Source: a virus (taxonomy: Duplodnaviria > Caudoviricetes). From it: DNA of 64,000 bases. This document shows positions 27,157-37,059 of the stretch, piece by piece (position 1 is the first letter of the stretch; each line of letters begins with the position of its first letter). A model generated the notes under the pieces. That model did not search any database. It worked only from the letters and a program-made list of their open reading frames with translations, and was not told the origin of the DNA. Made by a program: the position numbers and the translations under genes. Location: IMG/VR virus record IMGVR_UViG_3300045284_000107, positions 1 to 64,000 of that record. One strand, given 5' to 3'.

Positions 27157-27796
27157 AGGCACTACTTACGGCAAAATATGGTCTAAGTCCCAACCCTCCA
27201 ACACTAACAATTGGATGATTTAGGACCACATATGCATTTATTTTACTTAGGGTTTCTTCTGGTGGGGGTCCAAGGACTGCATACCCCTCGACCTTTGATA
27301 AATCTTCACTCGGCGGCGGTTTAAGGACCGCATACCCCTCAAACTTTGAAACGTCAACACTTAACCGAACATTTATAACCACATAGGTGATTAATTTGCT
27401 TAGGTCAAAATCTAAACTTGTTAGAACGGCATATGAATTTGTTTTTGCAAGTTCAATATCATTTGTTTCTAAAACAACATAGGAATTTAATTTTGAGGTA
27501 AGGGTTGGCGGTAAACTACTTCCACTTACCCCCGACTTACCATGAATATTCGCACTAAGTTGTATTTCTTTATATAAATCGCCACTTATACTACTTTGAG
27601 TATAGCTTCCAGTGTCCAGATCTACAGTTAAGAGGGTCGCCGTGGAAGTAATACTAGCCGCGGATTGTGTCTCTATTGTAGTAGTAAGACCAATCCCTGC
27701 AACCAGGGCTTCGCGTACTATACCACTGAGGTTTACCTGTCCAGCATCAGCTACTAAGGCTTCACGCCTTAACCCGCCAAGGCGTGCGTCGGTCAT
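27155..27796 (-). CDS. putative virion protein with six SK-x2-(G/S/T/A)Y(A/V)V(L/I) repeats
   Basis: Last gene of the tail operon; repeats seen in translation. Confidence 0.7.
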   Translation of the reverse strand: MTDARLGGLRREALVADAGQVNLSGIVREALVAGIGLTTTIETQSAASITSTATLLTVDLDTGSYTQSSISGDLYKEIQLSANIHGKSGVSGSSLPPTLTSKLNSYVVLETNDIELAKTNSYAVLTSLDFDLSKLITYVVINVRLSVDVSKFEGYAVLKPPPSEDLSKVEGYAVLGPPPEETLSKINAYVVLNHPIVSVGGLGLRPYFAVSSA

Positions 27797-27813
27797 TTGA
27801 TAAGACCTAAGTC

Positions 27814-29298
27814 CTACGAGTCAACTTTGAGGCCACTTTGGGCAGCGTTGAGAGTTATTCCGGTCCAGGGTGCCCCAGCCGACGGTTCAGTAATAAACAA
27901 CGACGTTAACCATCCAAAACTTGTCGCGGGAACAATCCCCGTCACCGAACCTCCACTATCCGTTCCAGATGATAATATTCTTAAACTTACAGATTTTGCA
28001 CCTGAGTCTGAGCGTTGAATATAGGCCTTTACTGCTACCCCATATACGACTGCGGGCAAAGCACTTAACGGGCCAAAATTATACAAGTCCTCATGCCCCA
28101 CAGTAGCATCAAAAACATAACTAGGCAGACCTGCGGGCGGCGATAAACTTACCTCATACCAATTATTCCCTGTAACTCCGGTCAGATTACCCCACAACAA
28201 CCATGAGCCAAATCCAGCCGTCATCGCCGGAGCTGTACCTGGCGCGCCCGAACTGAAAGTTGCATTCGCTCTATATCCAAGGGCATTATTATCACTTGCA
28301 GCCATATTAAACGCCGTGTCAGTCATAAAACCAAGCCAATACTGTGTCCCTGCACTTAAACTTTGTGGCGTGGTTAAATTCAAAGTCAAAGGTACACCTG
28401 AGCTAATACCTGTAACTGTAGACCCCGCGGACATTAGTGTTCCGGCCGCCCCAGAACTATCCGAATAAATAACAGGCCTAAAGTTCGCCGTGGCACTTGA
28501 AGCATTTGAAGAGATTGAAATTGAATTAATTGTTCCCGCTACAACAGGGGTGAAACGTCTCAGTCCCATACAATTCGCCACTGTCGCGACACTACCTTGG
28601 GTCCGTTGCCCCGCAGATCCCAATATCGCCGCTCCAAATCCAAACTGTACCGTTCCATCACTTGTAGGAAATGTAGTCTCAACCCTAGGGCTTGTCAAAA
28701 GCACCGCGTTATTGGTTGATCCGGTCGGGTCAAAAATGTACAAATCGTCAAATTGGCAAGCTCCGGCGGCACTCGGCTGGGTCAATTGAAACCCATTAGC
28801 AAACGCATTGGCCGAGGCTGTCGTATCCCCCGTCCCAGACATTACACTCACACCATCCATCCAAATCTGATACGATGCGGAATTTCCAAACGTAATGTCC
28901 CATTCATAATAATGAATACTGTTGGCCGTAATAGAGGTAGGGCTAGTTGCTATAACGGTCCCGCCTACAGTCCCATTTCTAAACGTAACAGTCGAAGCAA
29001 TTGAAATACAACACTGAACCGTGCCACCATCTAAAAAATATACCCCACATGTTCCTGTAAAAGCAGACGAAATTCTTATGCCGCCAATTAGCCGATTATA
29101 ATTAGTCGGAAGTACCTTGGTTAATGTACCCGTTCCGCCCGGTTGCATCGCAAATCCAGGACTACTTAGTCCCGCCACGATTGTACAAAGATTACCAGAG
29201 GAGTTCCATTCACCCGCCGTCATAAGCAAGGAGGCATATCCAGCATTAGAATTAAGCCCACCGTATTTATCAAACCCGTCCATAAAAATAAGTGCCAT
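27814..29298 (-). CDS. tail fibre/receptor-binding-like beta-rich structural protein
   Basis: MALIFMDGFDKYG start, G/S/T-rich, lectin-like beta pattern; in tail operon. Confidence 0.7.
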   Translation of the reverse strand: MALIFMDGFDKYGGLNSNAGYASLLMTAGEWNSSGNLCTIVAGLSSPGFAMQPGGTGTLTKVLPTNYNRLIGGIRISSAFTGTCGVYFLDGGTVQCCISIASTVTFRNGTVGGTVIATSPTSITANSIHYYEWDITFGNSASYQIWMDGVSVMSGTGDTTASANAFANGFQLTQPSAAGACQFDDLYIFDPTGSTNNAVLLTSPRVETTFPTSDGTVQFGFGAAILGSAGQRTQGSVATVANCMGLRRFTPVVAGTINSISISSNASSATANFRPVIYSDSSGAAGTLMSAGSTVTGISSGVPLTLNLTTPQSLSAGTQYWLGFMTDTAFNMAASDNNALGYRANATFSSGAPGTAPAMTAGFGSWLLWGNLTGVTGNNWYEVSLSPPAGLPSYVFDATVGHEDLYNFGPLSALPAVVYGVAVKAYIQRSDSGAKSVSLRILSSGTDSGGSVTGIVPATSFGWLTSLFITEPSAGAPWTGITLNAAQSGLKVDS

Positions 29299-29299
29299 G

Positions 29300-29962
29300 T
29301 TACGATGACCTTATGTTCAAGGAGCCTGCGGGGAAACTTACCAATACCCCGGCCGATATAATTTGTGGCACGACCTTTCGTACCATTCCATTCCCCGGCG
29401 CGGAAGTATTAACTCCCACTCCGCCATTTGTAACCGTAAATGAATTAGTCAAAGGTGATCCGCCAACAATCAACGGCCCCGTAAAGCTCCCAACCGCAAA
29501 CGTAGGATTAGTACCCCCATATTCAATCGTCCATTGTACCGTGTCACCCGCCAAATATCCATGTGCAGGAGAGGTAATAATAGCAGGTGTACCACTGCTT
29601 ACAGTGGCGGGGAACCACAAATAATTCCCCAGAAAGTCCCAAGCCAAAAGATTTCCCGTGGTCAAGGCGTCAAAGATGCCCATTCCAATCGCAGTTCCCC
29701 AAGCGGCAGTAGGAATAGGAAATGCTATAGGATTAGCATTTACGATTGAGGATGGCCCCGACCCTGTGGCGGCATTCCAATCTGCCGCCGCAGTTGCCAC
29801 CCGCGCATACCCGGTCCCCGAGACTTCTGTAAATCCTGTCCCTGCATCTATCCCTACCCCAGTGAACAGGCCTACATGGGCGGTAGGTATAGAAAACAAG
29901 GCAGACTTGCCAGTGACATGGTTCAGAATGCCTTGAGACACTCTATCTGTAAAGCCAGTCAT
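29300..29962 (-). CDS. minor tail/fibre protein
   Basis: EVSGTGYARV...FP..T..WGT....GIFDALTTGNLL, a motif common in phage minor tail proteins. Confidence 0.75.
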   Translation of the reverse strand: MTGFTDRVSQGILNHVTGKSALFSIPTAHVGLFTGVGIDAGTGFTEVSGTGYARVATAAADWNAATGSGPSSIVNANPIAFPIPTAAWGTAIGMGIFDALTTGNLLAWDFLGNYLWFPATVSSGTPAIITSPAHGYLAGDTVQWTIEYGGTNPTFAVGSFTGPLIVGGSPLTNSFTVTNGGVGVNTSAPGNGMVRKVVPQIISAGVLVSFPAGSLNIRSS

Positions 29963-29977
29963 TACCGTCCCTTTCTT

Positions 29978-30997
29978 TTAGGCCAACGCCTTAACGCCAT
30001 AGTTAAACCCCGCAGCTGTAAAATCCGCAATGAGCCACGGAGCGGAGGTATTGGGATTTAAGGCCCATTGACGAGAATAATTATTAAACGACGTAGACAA
30101 GGCAATGGACAACCCGGCCAAATAATCCGTCCCCGAAGTTCTAAGTGACCAATCCATATGTTGGGGGCCGGTGGCCCCAACCTGAGCGCGCGCCTCTTGG
30201 AAAAATCCTAGAACATTCCAAGTCCCTGCGGGGGCTACCGCGCCAGAGGGAGACCATTGTGAAAGATCATTATTCACCGTTGTGCTTACGAACGTGCCGT
30301 CTGAATTGTTGATTTCGTTTATGTTTCCAACAGTGTTAGGGAGCCATGATTGGGTGTTGCCCGACGCGGTAGCCGGTAAGGTCCACAGGGCCATTCCCCT
30401 CGTATCCTGATCGGCCACAATAATTTCCGAATAAAGTGTTTGGCCATTTGTGCCCCAATTAGATAATTCAACCTGATTTAACTGTGTCGCCGAGTCCGTG
30501 CGGGGATCTCCCGCAAAATTCACAACCATAGTCCCATTGAGCCAAACCTGTATCCCACCGGACACACTATAATCAATCTTTACATCTAAGGAATACAGTG
30601 TTGAGCTTGTGTGGGACGAGGAAAACGTGGCCAAATCAGTCAAAGTTCCCGCCGCATTCCTACTTGAAACTTTCGGCGTACCATACAACGATGCCGATGT
30701 TCTAATTACAATCCTTGACACCCCATCAGGACTACGAAAAAGTACATTCTGGCAATTTAAGACCGATCCTGTGTCTGTATCAAAAAACACACAATGAAAC
30801 CACACAACAGAACTGGATGTGAACGTGGGTAACTGTATTCGGTTGGCGGGCGGATCTGCCGTGGAGTTGCCACTATTTGCCCCCACCGCACACCGGCCAT
30901 ATCCAGCCCGAAACCGCCCGGTACTCGTACTTATCTGAGGAATTTGCGGGAATCCAGTAAATCCAATATCTTCCCCGGTCGCTTGCAAGATGGCCAT
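29978..30997 (-). CDS. beta-rich minor tail protein (lectin-like)
   Basis: Composition, context and architecture similar to 27814-29298. Confidence 0.65.
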   Translation of the reverse strand: MAILQATGEDIGFTGFPQIPQISTSTGRFRAGYGRCAVGANSGNSTADPPANRIQLPTFTSSSVVWFHCVFFDTDTGSVLNCQNVLFRSPDGVSRIVIRTSASLYGTPKVSSRNAAGTLTDLATFSSSHTSSTLYSLDVKIDYSVSGGIQVWLNGTMVVNFAGDPRTDSATQLNQVELSNWGTNGQTLYSEIIVADQDTRGMALWTLPATASGNTQSWLPNTVGNINEINNSDGTFVSTTVNNDLSQWSPSGAVAPAGTWNVLGFFQEARAQVGATGPQHMDWSLRTSGTDYLAGLSIALSTSFNNYSRQWALNPNTSAPWLIADFTAAGFNYGVKALA

Positions 30998-30999
30998 TT

Positions 31000-32085
31000 C
31001 TAGTTCCTCGCTCCAACGATTGTCCCATAAAGGCCGGCGATTGTACCATCAAACCCTGAATGTGCATACATTCGTAATCTCTGTCCCTGTGTGACATTGA
31101 ACGAGCCACAAGTCCAAGATCCCGAAGTCGAACCAGCGTGAATAGTCATACTTCCTACAGGCGTTCCCACCCCTGCCACATCAATCAATTGCAAATTAAA
31201 TACCGCGTCCAATAATGGCGCGATCTGACATCCCGGCAACGGACTTTTAGCCAGGTTTGCGTCAAAATTAACTGTCCACGGAAATTCTGCATCAAAAATC
31301 TGATAATTACTATCCCACGGATCCAGGACCAAATCTGTAATAAGTCCTCCGACCGAAAACGGCGTAACCCACAATCCGCGCGCCAACCCCGAACCAGTCA
31401 AAGTATAATTATATACCGGCAACATAGATATATCTTCTAGATTGCCCCCAACCGAATTGAAGGATGGAAATTTAAAACTTACCATGGTCCCGATCATAAT
31501 GGACGGATAAGTATGGGAGAATATCTGTCCTCCGACAAGTCCAAACTGGCCACCTATTGGATGGGCCGAGATTGCCGTGTCGAACATTCCCCGCCTCAAA
31601 TATGTGTCCAAATCGTACATACTTGGCGCGGTCAATACAACATTAGAATATCCTACAAGTTCCCCATCTACATAGGCTAGGGTAATCCCAACATCCGCAT
31701 CGCCGGCACTTGCTGCATCTATGACCCCATCACACATTCCCGTGTCCACAGATAACACATTTGTAGTGTCGGGGTCCGAACCGGCCAGGAAATTGGCCGA
31801 CAACATCCCTTGGACGCCACCCGTCATCATAGTGCCCAATTGGCCATATGAAGTGCCGCCATCTACCGAAGCCCAAATCTGGCACCCGCCCCAATCCTCT
31901 GTCGGACCCGTAACAATTATCCACAGCGATAATTGGCCCGCCGAAAGGCTCGGGTTGGGTTCAAAAATAATCGGCTCATTAACACTTGGCGGAAACGTGT
32001 CAATAATATCCGTGTAGCCGCCCGATCCTGAAACTTGTGAGTCATAAAGATAAGCCGTTCCAACGCCTGACGGGGAGAGTGCCAC
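31000..32085 (-). CDS. free-standing C-terminal half of the tail-tip host-specificity (J/GTA-g15-like) protein
   Basis: VNEPIIFEP, WGGCQIWASVDG, YVDGELVGY, YLRRG, FKFPSFN motifs. Confidence 0.7.
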   Translation of the reverse strand: MALSPSGVGTAYLYDSQVSGSGGYTDIIDTFPPSVNEPIIFEPNPSLSAGQLSLWIIVTGPTEDWGGCQIWASVDGGTSYGQLGTMMTGGVQGMLSANFLAGSDPDTTNVLSVDTGMCDGVIDAASAGDADVGITLAYVDGELVGYSNVVLTAPSMYDLDTYLRRGMFDTAISAHPIGGQFGLVGGQIFSHTYPSIMIGTMVSFKFPSFNSVGGNLEDISMLPVYNYTLTGSGLARGLWVTPFSVGGLITDLVLDPWDSNYQIFDAEFPWTVNFDANLAKSPLPGCQIAPLLDAVFNLQLIDVAGVGTPVGSMTIHAGSTSGSWTCGSFNVTQGQRLRMYAHSGFDGTIAGLYGTIVGARN

Positions 32086-32103
32086 GATGATTGTCCTTTC
32101 GTT

Positions 32104-34164
32104 TTAGTACAAGACCTTGGTAGTCTGTAAGGGTTCGGGGCCGTCCAAGATCAATTCTGGCCCTGAACTTAGAAGTTTCCCTTTAGGAAATCTCAGATCT
32201 AGGTCGGCCAAATGTCTAAAAGCACTTTCGTTTGGATCTCTAGGAATGGAATTTGTATTCCTAAATATTGATGGGCTGTTTATGGCCCGTTTTGTGGTCC
32301 ACCAAAAATTACTTGTATCCCCCCTAAATCCACTATAAAACACAACGTCTTTGACTAACGAAAACTTTAACATTGGCGGCAAGACAAGGCCCGAACCCAT
32401 AACACTATCCACATCGTGGCCATCCACCCACAATATAATCCTCTGAAACCCATCCAACGTCCATGTCAATAACAAATGTTGCCAAGTGCTATTTGTCAAA
32501 ATTATGTCTTGATCGGTCTGAAAATAAAACTCTCCATCTAAGATTACACTAAGAGACAGGTTTTCATCTATAAAGACCTTTAATTGTATGTGGCCATTAC
32601 TGTCTATGGCGGTGATTAGATCACAGGTCTCGCCCTTGGGTATTTCCTGATCCATATTGACCCACAGGGATAGGGTGCCTTGAGAACTGTCTTGTAATTG
32701 GGGATCTTGCCAAATATAAGCACTTTGACCCGTAAATGTCAGGGCAGCTAATGGTGGAGGTGTACTTACAGGCGCAGCGCCGCCCATTTGTGGATCTTCA
32801 CATGTAAAAATCAAATCCCCGTTGTCATTTTCTTCAATGGTCAAGATACGGACTGGATAATGGTCCAGGTATGTGTCCCCAGCATGGCCGGTCAACGTGA
32901 CCATATCCATTGGCTCTAACAAACAATATTGCCATCCCAACTGAAACTTTATCTGATTGTTGCGGATATACATCCGCCGTTGCATAAGTAATTGAATGGA
33001 GATTTGGGCCGAATACTGATTACAAAAGGCCCGCCCTGGTAATGAGTCCCCAATCCGTAACCCATACGTATCAATTGCGCCTTGGTCATAAGCAGTTATG
33101 ATTGTAGAGTTGTAAAAGTTTTTGCGGTCCATATATTCCATTGAGATCCAATTATCTGCATCCGCCGGGTTGGACCTCATCAACATGATTGGGTCATCAT
33201 CTCCAGGAGTTGGTATCCCTCCCTCTTGGTGTGGGTTCCAGGGCAGAAAATCATCATCCGTCAAATCATATTGATAGGTAAATGTAAACGGATACCAATA
33301 TGCACCGTTGTTGTTGAGTTCTAGATCCCCATAAGGGACGACCTTTAACAAACGTCCTGACCAAACCATTGTCGAATTAGTCAAAATTATCAAACCATTT
33401 AACCATTCAATTGCCTTTTGGTGCCCGTCTAGACTGGAACTTACCAGCAAGGACGCCGCCTGACAGTAATCCCCATATGTATTTAGGATCACCCCATCTG
33501 GGTCATGAGTTAGGCGATCCAAGCATTCTGGTGGAAAGCCCGCCCCGTACCTAACATTAGTCAAAAAATCTGTTATTATGTCTCCTGGATTTGCATCGGC
33601 GGTATATGCCCCCACATTTACGCCGGTCATCATTCCCGTAATTTCTATCCCTACGTTTGGTAAGACCGGAGATTGTCCAAGGTCCATTGGCGTCCCAGTA
33701 ACATGCACGGTCCCACTATAACCCAAACTATTAAAACTTGGGTCGGGGGTCTGCCCATCATATCCCAGATAGGCATGTAATCCCGTAGATCCAAACGATG
33801 CAACCCCGGCCGAGGAAAAAACTAAATTAGCAGTTGTACCCCCGACAGGGCCTTGACACAAGGCAAAATCTACAAACACGCTATAGTGGCCATTCTTTTT
33901 GCCGCCCTTACCCTTACTGCTACCCCCGCCTTTTCCTGATTGGGAGGTGCCACTTAGGGGCAACGATCCCGTCTTGCCTTTTTTACCTTTTGGTCCCTTA
34001 TAATTCTTAAGATCTATAAGATTGACCTGTTGCCGACACGTCCCATAGATCAATGGGATTACAGATCCTTGTTGTGACGTATTATAATGCAAAGCATTTT
34101 TGGCCTGGTGCTGCCAAGCCGTGTTCTGCAAAAACGACTGTTGGGGCCGAAAAATCGAACTCAT
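32104..34164 (-). CDS. tail-tip hub protein paralog B (Phage-tail_3-like N-region + LamG-like C-domain)
   Basis: PLIYGT, LCQGPV, ANP..II.DFLTN.RYGAG, EYMDRKNFYN, LLEPMD; C-terminal LSLWV...WQHLLLTW. Confidence 0.85.
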   Translation of the reverse strand: MSSIFRPQQSFLQNTAWQHQAKNALHYNTSQQGSVIPLIYGTCRQQVNLIDLKNYKGPKGKKGKTGSLPLSGTSQSGKGGGSSKGKGGKKNGHYSVFVDFALCQGPVGGTTANLVFSSAGVASFGSTGLHAYLGYDGQTPDPSFNSLGYSGTVHVTGTPMDLGQSPVLPNVGIEITGMMTGVNVGAYTADANPGDIITDFLTNVRYGAGFPPECLDRLTHDPDGVILNTYGDYCQAASLLVSSSLDGHQKAIEWLNGLIILTNSTMVWSGRLLKVVPYGDLELNNNGAYWYPFTFTYQYDLTDDDFLPWNPHQEGGIPTPGDDDPIMLMRSNPADADNWISMEYMDRKNFYNSTIITAYDQGAIDTYGLRIGDSLPGRAFCNQYSAQISIQLLMQRRMYIRNNQIKFQLGWQYCLLEPMDMVTLTGHAGDTYLDHYPVRILTIEENDNGDLIFTCEDPQMGGAAPVSTPPPLAALTFTGQSAYIWQDPQLQDSSQGTLSLWVNMDQEIPKGETCDLITAIDSNGHIQLKVFIDENLSLSVILDGEFYFQTDQDIILTNSTWQHLLLTWTLDGFQRIILWVDGHDVDSVMGSGLVLPPMLKFSLVKDVVFYSGFRGDTSNFWWTTKRAINSPSIFRNTNSIPRDPNESAFRHLADLDLRFPKGKLLSSGPELILDGPEPLQTTKVLY

Positions 34165-34176
34165 TTATGTGGCCCC

Positions 34177-36483
34177 CTAGAGATACGGATCATCATTACA
34201 GATCGTCAACGAGGCCCCCACAAGACCCAGATTAGGATATGCCAAGTCTCCGCCCCCGCCACTACCACTTACTCCATAAAAATTCTCCCAATACAAATGA
34301 TCGTCAGGTTTAAACCCCGCCCGGTTATACGCATAATACGATTGGTCAAGTCCGGGCTGGTTAGGATTTAAATTACCTACGGCTGGATAATGCAAGAATA
34401 CATGAGGAGATTTACCAAACGGATACTCGCCGCGAGGTCCAAGATCCTTAGCACTTCCGTCAGGGTTCCTAAACGAACTCGGGCTTGAATGTTGCGCCGA
34501 ACCATCAAACCACAAGTCCTGGGTGCAACCTCTCAGTGTCCCGCCAATCACGCCAAAGTTCGCGCCCGAATAAAATATAATAGTCCGCTCATTTGAATAC
34601 TTTACGTCATACCAGGGTATAAGAATAGACGATAAAGCAAAATCATAAGCCCGTTCGCCGTCTACCCAAGCATTTACTTTGGGGCTGGCCCAACTAAACA
34701 GCACATGATGCCATTGCCCATCAAACTTTAAAACTTCTGGATTAGACAAGAGAGAAATTTTATTAGCCGTATAGCTGCCTGCCACCCAGCCAAACAACCT
34801 CCCACGCCAATCTACCCCCAATCCCAACTCCATCCTCACATCACTTGGATCAGGTGGTTGGGTATGAACAAAGAAAAACCTACTATCAAACGCGCCGTCG
34901 GGGCCGGTCGGAGCCTCATCTTCGGTAATTTTAACCCATACGCTTAATGAGCCGTGGCGACTATCCGGCGGATGTGTATGCTCCCAATTAAAATTAGGAA
35001 ATGTAGCATAGCCGGGGGTGGTAGATGGCCATATACAACCCGAAACGGTCATATGTACGGCCTTTTGATGATCCCTAAATGTCTCGCCGGTCATTGGCGC
35101 CGCGGTTCCAGGCTGCGGATCTTCCCCTGTAATTATCAAATCCCCATTATCATTTTCTTCAATAGCTGTAATTCGGACCGGATACTTGTCTAGATATTTG
35201 TCCCCATGAAGGCCCGTGACAGAGACAAAATCCATAGGTTCCAACAAGGCATACCGCCATCCAACCTGGAACTTCACCCCTGTGTTTCGAACATAAAGTT
35301 TGCGCTGAAGAAGAATTTGGAGCGAGATGGAGGCCGATCCAAGGTCCGCAAACGCCCTCCCCGCGATTGAGTCCCCAATCCTGAGACCATAAGTATCTAT
35401 GGCACCTTGGTCAAACGCGGTCAAAATGGTCGAAGCATAAAAGTTTTTTCTATCTGTATATTCAATACTGTGCCAGTTATCAGCATCGGCGGGATTTGAA
35501 CGAGTGATAATTATGGGATCGTCATCTCCAGGATTGACTGGCGCGCCATCCTGATGTGGAGCAAAGGGCAGAAAATCATCATCATCCAAATCATATTTAG
35601 GTACAAAGTCCGGTATCCAATGAGCACCATTGCGGTTTAATTCTGCATCACCGTAAGGGATGATTTTTAATTGTTTGCCGGACCAAACCATTGCGGAGTT
35701 GGTCAATTGACAAATCCCCTGCATCCATTCAATTGCCTTCATATGTCCATCTAAGGCCACACTAATCAACAAGTAATTGGACTGACAATAATCGCCGTAA
35801 GTATTGACCCGGCCGGGCAAACGGGTCAGGGGGGCGACACATTCGGGCGGGAACCCCGCCCCATATCTAGGATTAGTCAAAAAATCCGTAATACACTCGG
35901 CGGGGTTTGCGTCTTTTGGATTGGACGGCCCAGTGTTAATGCCAGTCATAAACCCATTGATTTCAAACCCAATATTCGGCACAACAGGAGACTGTCCTAG
36001 ATCTATTGGCGTCCCTGTGACATGGCATGTTCCACTATAATTTACCTTATTAAAATGTGGGTCTAAGGCCTGTCCATCTTGGCCCTCATAAAAATGCAAT
36101 ATAGACGATCCAAACTGCTCGACCCCAGACGACGAATAAATAGTATTGTGTGGGTCGAAATGTACGGGGCCTTGGCATATCGCAACGTCTATATTGACAG
36201 AATAATGTTTGTTCTTTTTCGCGCCTTTGCCCTTACTTCCACCTGATCCCTTACCAGTCTGGGAAGTCCCAGACAATGGAATAGATCCTACTTTGCCTTT
36301 TTTGCCTTTCGGCCCCCTGTAATCATTCAAATCAATAAGGTTCATTTGCACGCGCACGGTGCCATATATCAATGGCAAAACCGATCCCTGCTGAGACGTA
36401 TTGTAATGTAAAGCATTTATAGCACTATGTTGCCAAGCGGTATTTTGCAGGAACGATCTCTTGGGTCGAAACAACGAACTCAT
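34177..36483 (-). CDS. tail-tip hub protein paralog A (Phage-tail_3-like N-region + different LamG-like C-domain)
   Basis: Same motifs as paralog B; C-terminal SLSVWVK...WHHVLFSW; follows the NlpC/P60 gene. Confidence 0.85.
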   Translation of the reverse strand: MSSLFRPKRSFLQNTAWQHSAINALHYNTSQQGSVLPLIYGTVRVQMNLIDLNDYRGPKGKKGKVGSIPLSGTSQTGKGSGGSKGKGAKKNKHYSVNIDVAICQGPVHFDPHNTIYSSSGVEQFGSSILHFYEGQDGQALDPHFNKVNYSGTCHVTGTPIDLGQSPVVPNIGFEINGFMTGINTGPSNPKDANPAECITDFLTNPRYGAGFPPECVAPLTRLPGRVNTYGDYCQSNYLLISVALDGHMKAIEWMQGICQLTNSAMVWSGKQLKIIPYGDAELNRNGAHWIPDFVPKYDLDDDDFLPFAPHQDGAPVNPGDDDPIIITRSNPADADNWHSIEYTDRKNFYASTILTAFDQGAIDTYGLRIGDSIAGRAFADLGSASISLQILLQRKLYVRNTGVKFQVGWRYALLEPMDFVSVTGLHGDKYLDKYPVRITAIEENDNGDLIITGEDPQPGTAAPMTGETFRDHQKAVHMTVSGCIWPSTTPGYATFPNFNWEHTHPPDSRHGSLSVWVKITEDEAPTGPDGAFDSRFFFVHTQPPDPSDVRMELGLGVDWRGRLFGWVAGSYTANKISLLSNPEVLKFDGQWHHVLFSWASPKVNAWVDGERAYDFALSSILIPWYDVKYSNERTIIFYSGANFGVIGGTLRGCTQDLWFDGSAQHSSPSSFRNPDGSAKDLGPRGEYPFGKSPHVFLHYPAVGNLNPNQPGLDQSYYAYNRAGFKPDDHLYWENFYGVSGSGGGGDLAYPNLGLVGASLTICNDDPYL

Positions 36484-36953
36484 TGTGCGGCGACCTCTGA
36501 TATTTTATCCGACATTTCATCTTCTAACATCAAGGGCCTATAAAAGACCCTAGCTTTGGACATTAAATGTCCTTGTGTCCCATCCGCATATATGACCCCG
36601 CGCGTCACATACGAATGAATGATACGGGGCCATTCAACTATAATTCCCCCATGCGAAAAGACCCGCCCCACACGATACAAGACTAGATCCGCCGGTAAGG
36701 CCTCTGCCATTGTAATTGGCCGCGAAAATCTCTCTACGATAGATTTGTACCATTCCTCTGAACGATGTAGGTGAAAATCTCGTGGATAATATGCCGTCTT
36801 GACGTGGGGTATAAATCCACACTCCTCAAACACCCCAAGTAAAAACTGGCCACAATCCACCCCTGCACCCTTGCACCGTTGTAGGTGATGGAATGGTGTC
36901 CCTACCCATTCCCCGGCCACCTGCAAAACCTTCTGTCTTCTTTCATTTAACAT
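36480..36953 (-). CDS. NlpC/P60 tail-associated peptidase (GTA g14-like)
   Basis: WVGTPFHH...GVDC..F, SHGGI. Confidence 0.9.
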   Translation of the reverse strand: MLNERRQKVLQVAGEWVGTPFHHLQRCKGAGVDCGQFLLGVFEECGFIPHVKTAYYPRDFHLHRSEEWYKSIVERFSRPITMAEALPADLVLYRVGRVFSHGGIIVEWPRIIHSYVTRGVIYADGTQGHLMSKARVFYRPLMLEDEMSDKISEVAAQ

Positions 36954-36954
36954 T

Positions 36955-37059
36955 TTAGTCTCCTACTGCATTTATGGCCCACATAAGACCCTCCACAATC
37001 AACAGCCACAAAACTATGCCCAAAATGACAAACCCCACCCGCCATAAAAATTTCTTCAA
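36955..37059 (-). CDS. possible 34-aa membrane peptide
   Basis: TTG start overlapping the upstream stop; LKKFLWRVGFVILGIVLWLLIVEGLMWAINAVGD. Confidence 0.35.
   Translation of the reverse strand: MKKFLWRVGFVILGIVLWLLIVEGLMWAINAVGD

Noticed and set aside
31000-36483. DGR or shufflon diversifying the tail tip
   Set aside because: No reverse transcriptase, no TR/VR pair differing at adenines, and no invertase or inverted crossover sites seen
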